From positions 1 through 64,000 of the forward strand of contig JBFFUI010000007.1 in NCBI GenBank assembly GCA_041571435.1: 64,000 nucleotides of DNA. Reading direction: 5' to 3'. The first letter of the stretch is position 1, and each line of letters starts with the position of its first letter. The notes under the pieces were generated by a model that worked only from the letters and a program-made list of their open reading frames with translations, had not been told where the DNA came from and ran no database searches. Position numbers and translations under genes: made by a program. Below, piece after piece: positions 1 to 8,877 of the stretch. The stretch comes from Sulfurimonadaceae bacterium (GTDB lineage: Bacteria > Campylobacterota > Campylobacteria > Campylobacterales > Sulfurimonadaceae).

Positions 1-836
1 CTCTCTTTTTTCGGTTTGTTGCGCCAGTCGCCGCCGCTTCTGTCCGCGTCGGAATGCTTCTTGTCCCATGGCTTTTTCTCGCCTTTGTTGTCCCAGGACT
101 TCTTTTCGCCGCGGTTTTTGTCCCATGGTCTCTTCTCACCCTGATCGTCTTTGTTCCAGGGCTTGCTGCCGCCTTGTTTTTGAGATCGGTATTGAGGGTT
201 TTCGCGTTTCTCATCTTCGGTTCGCGGCGTACCGTCATGGCGGTGGTTGCGCTCGCCAGTCTTGCCGGAGAAGATCGGCTTGCCGTTTTCGTCTTTACCG
301 AGGTATTTGGACTCTTTTTTCTGTTTGGCCTCTGCTTTGGCGCGTTTTTCGTTGCGCTCTTCCTGGTTCTTCTTGTTGTACTCCTGGCGCTCTTTAAGCT
401 CTTTTGACGCTTCACGGTCTTTAACATACGAGGCCGGCTCAAAACCGGCGATGACCTCTTTGGTGAGGGTCCGTTTCATCACTGTCTCTATCTTGTAGAG
501 CTCCTGCTGCTCTTTGTCGTCGGCAAGAAGCAGGGCATAGGTCTTGGTCTGATTGAGGCGTTTGAGGTACTTTTCAGGACTCTCTGCAAGGTCAAGGCTC
601 ATGATCATGTCGCATTTGACCTTCGGGTTCTCAAGAAGTTCTGCATCGTGTCTGAATGTCACGTTGTCCGCATCGATCTGGTCGTCGAGTGCAGCGATGT
701 CCTGCGCAGCGAGGACCAGGATCTCCTTGTCGGCATGGAGGGCGATAAGGTGTTTAAGCAGGGCGAGTTTCTGGCTGCGGTCGCAGGGGTGAACACGGTG
801 GTTGTGGCGTTTGATGATGATAGTGTCAGTTGACAT
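1..836 (-). CDS. Degenerate DEAD-box helicase C-terminal (RecA2) domain protein with charged low-complexity tail; 3' end runs off the window
   Basis: Hand translation from ATG at 836 (RBS AAGGA): MSTDTIIIKRHNHRVHPCDRSQKLALLKHLI...MIMSLDLAESPEKYLKRLNQT...ELYKIETVMKRTLTKEVIAGFEP. Collinear with the C-terminal half of RhlE in this window. Missing from the ORF track because the stop lies outside the window. Confidence 0.8.
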   Translation of the reverse strand, partial: MSTDTIIIKRHNHRVHPCDRSQKLALLKHLIALHADKEILVLAAQDIAALDDQIDADNVTFRHDAELLENPKVKCDMIMSLDLAESPEKYLKRLNQTKTYALLLADDKEQQELYKIETVMKRTLTKEVIAGFEPASYVKDREASKELKERQEYNKKNQEERNEKRAKAEAKQKKESKYLGKDENGKPIFSGKTGERNHRHDGTPRTEDEKRENPQYRSQKQGGSKPWNKDDQGEKRPWDKNRGEKKSWDNKGEKKPWDKKHSDADRSGGDWRNKPKKE

Positions 837-858
837 GGTTTGTCCTTGGAAAATAAGC

Positions 859-936
859 CTCAGTCAGAGGAGAGTAAGCGGTCGAAAAAAGAAGGCTTAA
901 GCGCAGACCGAGTGCGCAAATGTTGGCCGTATTATA
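859..936 (-). promoter_or_regulatory. TATAAT promoter and 5' leader with motif shared with the rhlE leader
   Basis: TATAAT at 936-931; GCGCACTCGGTCTGCG at 917-902; possible pairing partner GACTGAG at 865-859. Confidence 0.65.
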
Positions 937-1015
937 CCGTAAAAGCAGTGCTATGGTCGCCAAATTTACTGAATTGCTCTATAATTAGACAAAGGGTCTC
1001 TTCTAAGGAGGGAAT

Positions 1016-1390
1016 ATGACGACAGTTATCATGATGTTTATACTTCCCATCGGGATACTGGTCTTTTTCTGGGACAAAAAAAACCATGCACAGACGCTTG
1101 AGCTCTTCAGAGCGTACATCGTCAAGATGCAGCATGCCGACTTTGACGAGAGCGCAAGGATGCAGCGTATCGATACCATGTTCCACGAGAACGGCTACAA
1201 GGTCGTCGAACATGAGGATGCTTCGCTCCTCGCCGAGAAAAAGCACTTCAACATCGGCGTGCTGCTCATCATGTTCGGTCTGCTCAACTACTTCGGCATC
1301 TTCGGCTATCTTCTCTTCTACCGCTTCTTTCTAAAACCCCGCCGCCTGCGTGTCGATCTCTTCTCGGACAACCCGTTAACCGAAGGCTGA
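1016..1390 (+). CDS. Hypothetical membrane protein
   Basis: 124-aa ORF, strong RBS AAGGAGG, N- and C-terminal hydrophobic segments. Confidence 0.7.
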   Translation: MTTVIMMFILPIGILVFFWDKKNHAQTLELFRAYIVKMQHADFDESARMQRIDTMFHENGYKVVEHEDASLLAEKKHFNIGVLLIMFGLLNYFGIFGYLLFYRFFLKPRRLRVDLFSDNPLTEG

Positions 1391-1394
1391 GACC

Positions 1395-1556
1395 CTATTT
1401 GCCCGCCTGCGCTTCTGCCGGTGTTTTAATAAACAGTACGGCCATGAGGACCAGCCCTATAAAGAGAACGATCGATGCCGTTGCTGCCACAACGATGCCC
1501 AAAAGCATTCCTAAAATAGCGTAACTCAACGCCGTCAAAACATATTTACGGTCCAT
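1395..1556 (-). CDS. Small 53-aa two-TM protein (not in ORF track)
   Basis: AAAAGGAG RBS, then MDRKYVLTALSYAILGMLLGIVVAATASIVLFIGLVLMAVLFIKTPAEAQAGK*. Confidence 0.65.
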   Translation of the reverse strand: MDRKYVLTALSYAILGMLLGIVVAATASIVLFIGLVLMAVLFIKTPAEAQAGK

Positions 1557-1712
1557 AACTACTCCTTTTTCTCAGTCAAGTAGTATGTAATAATGATCAT
1601 AACAGGGGGACACTTAAGAAAAATATGACGTAAAAAACTATGTATTAAAACGTCATAAGGATTAAGAATTTTGTCAGATGTTTCGGTCAGCGGTTCAGGC
1701 CGGTGTTAATAG

Positions 1713-3158
1713 TTAACCGGCGACCGCTCTTTTGGCGAGTGCAGCCGGGTAGTCACGCTGTTGACAGACGGTTTTCGCATAGCGGTCGATCTGTTGCTCG
1801 TCGAGCTCTTTGAGCCTTGAGAGGTCGCGTTTGCCCGCAAGGTCTGCGTCGACCAGACCCAGCCGGACAAGCTCTTTGGTGATGGTGTCCGCCATGGTCA
1901 AAACAGAAGAGGCTTTGACGATCTCGCACCGCGCATACCCCTCTGTCGGAAAAGAGACTTCGGCTACGCGCAGGGTAGGGTCGTCTCCGGGGATCTGCTG
2001 GGCCCCGTAGAGCGGTTTGGAACCCACTTTGGCAGTGGCGAAGTCAGGGATGAACTTCGCGAGGTGTGCAATGGCGCTCTTGGTGCGCTCTTCGACCTCT
2101 TGCGGCTGCCACGAACGTTCGATCTTCTCGATGAAGTTCTGTTTGAGCTTTGGCTGGCAGCTGCGTTTGGTGTTGGCCGAGAGACCGTCTTCATAGAGGG
2201 TGATCTCTTTGGTCATACCGTGGAGTTGAAAATAGCCGTTGGTATAGGGGGTGAACTGTCCCATACCCCGCGGTGTCCCGCGTTCGCCATGAAAGATGAC
2301 CTCGGGCCAAAGCGTCTCGCAGCACCCTTCCCATTGGGTCACATAGGCCGCTTTGAACTCGACCATGCTCTTGCAATCGACGCCCAGCATATCGTCGATC
2401 TTTCCGGTCTTGAAGCCGGCCGCATTGATGAGGTAGTCGAACGCTTTGTGTTGCGTCTGCCCTTTATGGCTGTAGCTGACGCGCCAATGTCCGCCATCGG
2501 TCGACCTCTCAACGCCGGTGACCTTGGTCTCTGTCAGGAGTGTGACATTGTCGAGCTGTCCAAGTTCAAGCGTGACACCGGCGGAGAGCCGAAAGAGGTT
2601 AAGGCCATACTCCTGCACCATGATGAGCGGAAACTGGACCTTGTCCAGGTCGACATGTCTGGCAACGGGGAGCATCCACGCATCGAAATTATCAGGCAGC
2701 TCTGCTGGAGGCATCTCTTGGAGGGCCTCGACCTGCTCGCGCGTATAGAGCCTATAGTAGTCCCGGCTCTCGCCAAGGACCTGGTTGGCCGGATCGTCCG
2801 CGATCAGTTTTTCATACTCTTTTTGCAGCAGTGCCAGTCTCGGCAGCAGCTGCTGCGGTGTCCCGCTGTCTTCGACAGGGATGGCGATCACGGTAGGACG
2901 GTAATCGACACTGAAGGGGTAGTAACGCACAAAGTCGATGGACTGTTTGAGCAGGGTGACACACTGCTCGTCCGAGATCTCGCGGTAGAGGTTGCCGCCG
3001 GCATGCAGATGACAAAAGGGCGGTCCGCTGACGAGGCTTGCCTCTTTTTCAAAGAGTGTGACATCAAGCTCGAGCTGACCCAGATAGAGGGCATTGGTCG
3101 TACCGGCGATACCGCCGCCGACAACTGCAATGGAGGGGGTGTACCGCTGCTGCTTCAT
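1713..3158 (-). CDS. FAD-dependent oxidoreductase (DAO-like)
   Basis: N-terminal VVGGGIAG Rossmann motif; LINAAG motif. Confidence 0.8.
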   Translation of the reverse strand: MKQQRYTPSIAVVGGGIAGTTNALYLGQLELDVTLFEKEASLVSGPPFCHLHAGGNLYREISDEQCVTLLKQSIDFVRYYPFSVDYRPTVIAIPVEDSGTPQQLLPRLALLQKEYEKLIADDPANQVLGESRDYYRLYTREQVEALQEMPPAELPDNFDAWMLPVARHVDLDKVQFPLIMVQEYGLNLFRLSAGVTLELGQLDNVTLLTETKVTGVERSTDGGHWRVSYSHKGQTQHKAFDYLINAAGFKTGKIDDMLGVDCKSMVEFKAAYVTQWEGCCETLWPEVIFHGERGTPRGMGQFTPYTNGYFQLHGMTKEITLYEDGLSANTKRSCQPKLKQNFIEKIERSWQPQEVEERTKSAIAHLAKFIPDFATAKVGSKPLYGAQQIPGDDPTLRVAEVSFPTEGYARCEIVKASSVLTMADTITKELVRLGLVDADLAGKRDLSRLKELDEQQIDRYAKTVCQQRDYPAALAKRAVAG

Positions 3159-3162
3159 AGAA

Positions 3163-3873
3163 CTACGCGCTCGTTTCCAGGAGCGTCAGTATGTCGGCAA
3201 AGTCGTCAACGACGCTGTCGGGTTCGTATGCAGTGATATGTTCGCCGTAGTTGTAGCCGTAGCTCACTCCGATGCACTGCATGTTCGCTGCATTGGCCGC
3301 CAGGATGTCGTTTTTGGAATCGCCTACCATCACGCAGTGTGAAGCCGACGTATCCAGTCGCTCGCAGACATGCAGCAGCGGCAAGGGGTCGGGTTTCTTC
3401 TTTGCGAGAGAGTCGCCGCCGAGGCAGAGTTCGAAAAAGCCCTCCATATCCAGACCTTCGAGTAGGGGCGCGATGAAGTCGTAGGGTTTGTTGGTCACGA
3501 GCACCAGACGGTAATCCTGGGCCTTAAGGCTTTTGAGTGTCGACAGAACGTTGGGGTAGGTCACCGTGTCGACGCAGAGGTTGCGGGCATAGAAGTCGAG
3601 AAAGATGTCGAGGGCGGTTGAGACGAGTGCAGGGTCGATCGCTTCGTCGATCTGACTGCTTCCGGAGAGGGCGCGTTTGACAAGTGTCTGCGCGCCGTTG
3701 CCGACCCATGAACGGATGGTGTCATGGCTGAAGGTCTCAAGTTCAAGACGTTCAAGTGTGTGGTTGAGCGCCAAGGCGAGATCGGGAGCACTGTCGACAA
3801 GTGTCCCGTCCAAATCGAATAAAAGTACTTTTTTGTCGCTGAATTTCAAACTGTAAACCCTGTTGTTGTCCAA
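3163..3873 (-). CDS. gph: Phosphoglycolate phosphatase (HAD family); start codon uncertain
   Basis: FDLDGTLVDSAPDL, TNKP, KKPDPLP and VGDSKNDILAA motifs. Confidence 0.85.
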   Translation of the reverse strand: MDNNRVYSLKFSDKKVLLFDLDGTLVDSAPDLALALNHTLERLELETFSHDTIRSWVGNGAQTLVKRALSGSSQIDEAIDPALVSTALDIFLDFYARNLCVDTVTYPNVLSTLKSLKAQDYRLVLVTNKPYDFIAPLLEGLDMEGFFELCLGGDSLAKKKPDPLPLLHVCERLDTSASHCVMVGDSKNDILAANAANMQCIGVSYGYNYGEHITAYEPDSVVDDFADILTLLETSA

Positions 3874-4043
3874 ATATAGATAGTCTATATAATAATTATT
3901 AGTAAAACTATACCTTTTAAAGCTAAAAAAAAGCGGTCGTTTCTGAGTGCTCCGAGAAAGGTAAAGCGTTCTCTAAAGGTATACAGCGCAAATCATAAGT
4001 TGTGTTGCTATACAATTATGTATCGTTGAGTAGAGGGGAAAAA

Positions 4044-5012
4044 ATGCAACTGATTCTTGTTTTTCTGGGCGCCATGCTCGGGTTTGCGTACGGCTACTAT
4101 GATGAGGGTTTTGTCTTCAGCTCCAAGATCTGTCTCTTTGCGGGTCTGACACTGATCATGCCTGCTCTCTTCAAAGTGAAGTTCCGGGATGTAGCGCTGC
4201 TTTGGCACCATCGGACCGTTGTCATTAAAAGTTTGCTGCTTAACTATGTGCTGCTGCCGATCTTCGCGCTCGGTATCGGCTTGCTGACGGAGAACTTCGG
4301 CATTGCCGCCGGGCTCTTCCTGCTCTCGGTCCTGAGCGGCGGCGGTATGGTGATGCACTGGATCAAGAAGTCGAACGGGGACACTTCGCTCGGATTTCTG
4401 CTGCTCTTTATCAACATCATGTTTGTGACCCTCTCGCTTTTGATGCTGCACATCTTCGGTATCTATACGGCTGATTATTTCGGGGCCTCCTATCTTGACC
4501 AAGTCAATATGAGCAATTTTGCCAGAGGGGTGATCATCCTGCTGATCGTCGTCCCTTTTGTCGCCAGCAGAGTGATCGTGTTCATCAAACCGGTTGTGGC
4601 TCTTATCGACACCTACCGAAGCTACATCAGCAACACCAGTATCTTCCTGATCCTGTTCTATCTTTTCGGCCTTCAGAACGCGCAGCTGCTGGTCGATGTC
4701 TATGACTTTGAACCGGAGCTGATCCCGGTGTCGCTCGCAGCCGTGGTCGGGTTTTATCTACTGACACTCGTTAGTGCAAGGTTTGTCTTTAACCTGGAGT
4801 CAGCTCAGGAGAGAGCGGCTTTCTGGCACAGCGTGACGCGCTATATCACTCTCGCGCTTGTCATCTCCACCTTCTCCATGACCACCTTTGGCGTCTCGAT
4901 GATCCTTCCGATTATGTTTGCCTACATCATCCAGATACCGTTTGCGATCGTGATCGATAAAAAGATGGTTGAAAAAGAGCTTCTCTCTTCTATCGCAGAA
5001 ACAGAGGCGTGA
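4044..5012 (+). CDS. Multi-pass transporter, BASS/Acr3-like
   Basis: About 9-10 TM segments; NYVLLP and W..KSNGD motifs typical of the BASS/Acr3 fold. Confidence 0.6.
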   Translation: MQLILVFLGAMLGFAYGYYDEGFVFSSKICLFAGLTLIMPALFKVKFRDVALLWHHRTVVIKSLLLNYVLLPIFALGIGLLTENFGIAAGLFLLSVLSGGGMVMHWIKKSNGDTSLGFLLLFINIMFVTLSLLMLHIFGIYTADYFGASYLDQVNMSNFARGVIILLIVVPFVASRVIVFIKPVVALIDTYRSYISNTSIFLILFYLFGLQNAQLLVDVYDFEPELIPVSLAAVVGFYLLTLVSARFVFNLESAQERAAFWHSVTRYITLALVISTFSMTTFGVSMILPIMFAYIIQIPFAIVIDKKMVEKELLSSIAETEA

Positions 5013-5013
5013 C

Positions 5014-6210
5014 CTAGGCCTCTGTGACGGTGACAGGGGCCAAAACTGTTTTGTTACGGCCGTCGTTTTTGGCCTTATAGAGGGCATTATCGGCCCTTTC
5101 CAGTAAATTCTCCAAGTCATATTTGAACGTGTCGCTGATATGGCTGATACCGGCACTAAAGGTGGCCGTCAGCGTGGTCTCGGAGGCTACGATCGTCTCT
5201 TTAGACCAGCGGTCACGTAACCGCTCTATGATCTGATGAGCTTCGGCTTCGCTGCTGCGGCGCAGTAAGATGACAAATTCCTCACCGCCGTAACGACCGA
5301 AGAGGTCGCCCTCGCGGAGTACCGTATGCGCGAGTTGGGCAAACTTTTTGAGTACGAGGTCCCCGATGGGATGGCCGTGGGTGTCGTTGATCTTCTTGAA
5401 ATAGTCAAGGTCGATGATGCAGAGTGCGAAGTTTTCGTGATTTCGGTTGCGATCTGCCAACAATTGTTCGCTGTATTCAAAAAAAGCGCGACGGTTCAAG
5501 GTGCCGGTAAGCGGGTCTTTAATGGCCAGTGCATTGAGATGCTCATGGATGCGTTGATTGGTCAGCAAGATCATGGAGACCGTCAACGAGACACTGGCCA
5601 CGATGCCGTCATAGAGCGAGAGAACAGAGAGCAGCTTTTCTTCGATGCCCAGATCGATAAAGCCGATGACCGTCAATCCCCGTAACAGCCAGATGGCAGA
5701 TGTAAAGAACAGCATAGCCGTGATCATAAGCAAGACGGCACTGTTCAGGACATGTTGTTTTAAGAACTCATAGAGTGTCATGCCAGCAAAAAAGGCGATG
5801 ACGACTGAGACACAAAAGACACGCCAGCCGGCAGGAAGATCAAAGATGTTCTCCTGCATCATGATAGTAACCATCAGAAAGCTGAACAGCCCGACATAAA
5901 CATAGGCAGGTGCGGATAGTTTGTAAAAGTGGCGGACACCGATCCAGATCATAAACCATCCGGCGATACCCATAGCATTACCTGTTTCTCGAAGCAAAGT
6001 GATGAACTGATACTGCATGGCAGTCACCGCCGAAGGCAGCATGTGGAGTGCAAGGGCTGAAAGGAAGCTGCCCAGCGAAATAAAGATTGCCGCGATCGCC
6101 CAGTCCCTTAGACCAATCTCTTCACGGTTTTGCCACCATGTCTGTAATAGGGCCACCGCCTGTATGAGAAAGACGCTGACAAGAACGATGAAGAGTGTTT
6201 TGTAGTCCAT
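5014..6210 (-). CDS. Membrane-bound diguanylate cyclase (GGDEF)
   Basis: About 7 TM, then DPLTG, DLDYFKKINDTHGH, RYGGEEF. Confidence 0.9.
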   Translation of the reverse strand: MDYKTLFIVLVSVFLIQAVALLQTWWQNREEIGLRDWAIAAIFISLGSFLSALALHMLPSAVTAMQYQFITLLRETGNAMGIAGWFMIWIGVRHFYKLSAPAYVYVGLFSFLMVTIMMQENIFDLPAGWRVFCVSVVIAFFAGMTLYEFLKQHVLNSAVLLMITAMLFFTSAIWLLRGLTVIGFIDLGIEEKLLSVLSLYDGIVASVSLTVSMILLTNQRIHEHLNALAIKDPLTGTLNRRAFFEYSEQLLADRNRNHENFALCIIDLDYFKKINDTHGHPIGDLVLKKFAQLAHTVLREGDLFGRYGGEEFVILLRRSSEAEAHQIIERLRDRWSKETIVASETTLTATFSAGISHISDTFKYDLENLLERADNALYKAKNDGRNKTVLAPVTVTEA

Positions 6211-6350
6211 TGTTGCTACTTTTTTGTACCATATGTATCGGATTAAATTTTTTTTTGTGAAAAAATAATATCCATAATACCATACTTTAATGGAAATTGT
6301 ATTTCAACACTACAGCAAATAACTCTCTGTGACTAGTATAGCCGGGTTGA

Positions 6351-6809
6351 TCAGAGGCCGTTTTGCTTCACCCCTCGGGCGCCGAAGTGTTTCACGGCAA
6401 AGTAGTAGATATTCCTGAGTTTGAAGTCACCGAGCATCTTTAAAAACAGGCGATCCACCTGATCTTTTGTCACAGGGATAGTATCGAGGTATTGATAGAG
6501 AGCATCATGCACCAATGAGGCATGATAGGTAAAAGGAAGCATGGTACGATGGTCTATGTGACCGTCCGGAACACCGACGATGTAGAGGTTTAGAAAGCTC
6601 ATTTTCGGTGTACAGCCATCCCAGGCATATCCATTTTCATTCGCTTTTACCGTTAGGACACCATCCTTTCTGATCGTCAACCACTTGCTGTCAAACGCTT
6701 TGGCAAGTTTCCAGCCTGTCTCTTGGTAGACAAAATCCTCTTTGATTTTAAACTTGTAGGGAAAGTTGCCGGTTCTTAACTTCTCCCTTGGTACCGGATA
6801 GGTGTTCAT
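6351..6809 (-). CDS. DUF1353-like protein (PLA2-like DG...HD motifs), probable former gene cassette
   Basis: GYAWDGCTPK...HASLVHDALYQY...VDRLF; RBS GAAAGGAAG; immediately follows an attC-like site. Confidence 0.65.
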   Translation of the reverse strand: MNTYPVPREKLRTGNFPYKFKIKEDFVYQETGWKLAKAFDSKWLTIRKDGVLTVKANENGYAWDGCTPKMSFLNLYIVGVPDGHIDHRTMLPFTYHASLVHDALYQYLDTIPVTKDQVDRLFLKMLGDFKLRNIYYFAVKHFGARGVKQNGL

Positions 6810-6825
6810 GATCTTCCTTTCATGC

Positions 6826-6896
6826 ATCTAATGTTTAAACTAAGCGATCAAAACCTGCGGACGGGTTTTTGATTGGTCTCGACTGGTTTGTTATAA
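6826..6896 (-). repeat. Orphan attC-like recombination site
   Basis: Minus strand TTATAAC-AAACC-AGTCGAGACCAATCAAAAACCC...GGTTTTGATCGCTTAGTTTAAAC-ATTAGAT; 71 bp; clearly homologous to 24306-24376 and 24971-25042. Confidence 0.75.
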
Positions 6897-6954
6897 AACA
6901 AACTGCTTAAAATATTGACATCGCCCAGTTTGTCCATTATAGCCTAGCATGAAT

Positions 6955-7287
6955 TTATACGAGTGAAATCACCCGGTTAACGGAGTCATTTTTAGAGAGG
7001 GTCAGTCTGATGATGCTTTGCTCATGCGCTTCGAGAGAGTGGGGGACATTTGCGTCGAAATAGACCATCTCTCCGCTGCCAAGGTTCACGCTGTCGTTGA
7101 TAGAAGTGATAGTGACACGGCCTTTGACCAGCATGATGGTAATGGCGCCGGGTGCAGTATGTTCTTTCATGACGTTCCCCTCGGCCATGCAGATACGGAT
7201 CTCTTTGGAAAACGGGGTTTCAAGTATTTTGTCTATCTGCACTTTGTCTCCGAAACGGGGATTCTCCAGAAACGCGACCTTCTCCAT
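6955..7287 (-). CDS. Cupin domain protein
   Basis: MKEHTAPGAITI...PHSLEA cupin motifs. Confidence 0.85.
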   Translation of the reverse strand: MEKVAFLENPRFGDKVQIDKILETPFSKEIRICMAEGNVMKEHTAPGAITIMLVKGRVTITSINDSVNLGSGEMVYFDANVPHSLEAHEQSIIRLTLSKNDSVNRVISLV

Positions 7288-7695
7288 TTAGTGTCCTTTG
7301 ACCATGGAGATGAAGTTTGCCGTCACTGTGTCCATGGTGGCGATGTGCTGGTGCAGCCACTGCGGAGTTTCGGAGCAGATATAGTTGCGCAGGATATCAT
7401 TGTCCTTTTTTGTGCGCCAGTCCATCATCACGAGCTGAAATTCGTTCAGTGCGCGGTCGTGTTCGGATTTGTGCATCTCATACGGTGGAAAGCCGACCTC
7501 GCGCATTAGCCGTTCTTCGTTGGTGAAATGCGCGCGAGTGTGTTCGTAGAGTGCTTCGAGTGCATTTGAGAGTTCCGCATGGGAGGCTCCGGCATCCAGC
7601 AGCGCCTCGATGTGATTAAGCTGCTCTACCTCTTCGGCATGTACCGAGTTCATCTCATCAAAAGCCACTTTGGGAATGTTTGCAATTTCGATCAT
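7288..7695 (-). CDS. Bacteriohemerythrin
   Basis: H...HFTNEERLM...HKSEH...HIATMD iron ligands; RBS AAAGGA before ATG at 7695. Confidence 0.9.
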   Translation of the reverse strand: MIEIANIPKVAFDEMNSVHAEEVEQLNHIEALLDAGASHAELSNALEALYEHTRAHFTNEERLMREVGFPPYEMHKSEHDRALNEFQLVMMDWRTKKDNDILRNYICSETPQWLHQHIATMDTVTANFISMVKGH

Positions 7696-7744
7696 ATTGG
7701 TTTCCTTTTTTTCGCAGTATAGAGTATGATAATGCAATATGTAA

Positions 7745-7758
7745 TTGATTTATATCAA
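7745..7758. promoter_or_regulatory. Fnr/NssR-type binding box
   Basis: Perfect TTGAT-N4-ATCAA between the divergent hemerythrin and Crp/Fnr genes; minus-strand -10 TATACT at 7721-7716 fits a class II position. Confidence 0.8.
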
Positions 7759-7770
7759 GTTGGAGGCACA

Positions 7771-8415
7771 ATGGGACTTGAACACTGCTATCTCTTCAGC
7801 CGGCTGCAAGCAGTCGACCTGGCGGCGCTTCGAAAAATCACAAGGGTAAAATCCTATCCGAAGGATACTATCCTCTTTTATGCGGGGGAGCAGCCCGACA
7901 AACTCCGTATGATCGAATCGGGCGTGGTTCGAGTCAGCAAACACGATGCCTCTGGCAACGAAATCGTCCTTGGCGATTTTCGCGCCAACGACCTGGTAGC
8001 CGAGATGGCCCATTTCGAAGAAATCCCTTATCCGGCCACCGCGCGCTGCGAAAGCGACGTTGTGCTCTACGAGATCGACTTTGAGGCCTTTAAAAGCCGT
8101 TTTCTGAACCGTCCCGAACTGGCCCTCGGAATAATCCGCTCGCTCACACGCAAGATAAAGCAGCTCGAAGAGGTGATCCGGCGCACACTGATCGATGATG
8201 CGCAGACGCGGCTGGCCCGCTACCTGTTCGAACACGCCGACGTACTTGGGCATACGACCCAGAAACAGATCGCATCGCATATCGGCCTGACCCCGGAGAC
8301 CGTCTCACGGGTCATTCGACAGTTCAAAGAAAAGGGATGGGTAGAAGTCCGTTCGAGGAAAATCGTCCTGATCGGCCGGGAAGAGCTGGAAAGATTTCTA
8401 AGTGAAACGCTCTAA
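7771..8415 (+). CDS. Crp/Fnr family regulator (NssR/Dnr-like)
   Basis: cNMP-like domain (AEMAHFEEIPYPATA) plus HTH TPETVSR; RBS GGAGG. Confidence 0.9.
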   Translation: MGLEHCYLFSRLQAVDLAALRKITRVKSYPKDTILFYAGEQPDKLRMIESGVVRVSKHDASGNEIVLGDFRANDLVAEMAHFEEIPYPATARCESDVVLYEIDFEAFKSRFLNRPELALGIIRSLTRKIKQLEEVIRRTLIDDAQTRLARYLFEHADVLGHTTQKQIASHIGLTPETVSRVIRQFKEKGWVEVRSRKIVLIGREELERFLSETL

Positions 8416-8523
8416 CGTTTTCCGACGTTTTCACATTCATAACTGTTTTGTTTACGGATCAGATAAAGAGGCCCGAATTTATACAGGAACGTTTTTTGTA
8501 TACATAAAAGCAAAAGGAGTTCT

Positions 8524-8811
8524 ATGGAAATCAAAAACTACCCAAAAGTTATATTATTAAAAGGAAACGGTCCCATCACGGTCAACAGCGAGATGATGGA
8601 ACTTATTACGATCACGTTGTCGCACGGCCTGATCGGATTGCCCCTTAAGTCATTGCGTGCCGAGAAGGTCTATATCGTGAGCGATATGCAAAAGTTTTGG
8701 GAAGTGCACAAGGAGATCAAAGAGAAACCCTGCTGTTTTGTCTACAGCTATGAGCCATTGGCAGAGGAGGATCTGCAGCGTATCAAAGCAGACAGTATCA
8801 GCTTTATCTGA
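8524..8811 (+). CDS. Hypothetical protein
   Basis: 95-aa ORF with AAGGAG RBS. Confidence 0.6.
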   Translation: MEIKNYPKVILLKGNGPITVNSEMMELITITLSHGLIGLPLKSLRAEKVYIVSDMQKFWEVHKEIKEKPCCFVYSYEPLAEEDLQRIKADSISFI

Positions 8812-8877
8812 CAAGGCTGTTCCGGGCGAGTAAATCGATATCATTTATAATTGAGCAGTCAAAAAGCTGCTCTCGGA

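Noticed and set aside
54-407. Hydrophobic-looking 117-aa plus-strand ORF
   Set aside because: Antisense shadow of the Lys/Glu-rich minus-strand gene
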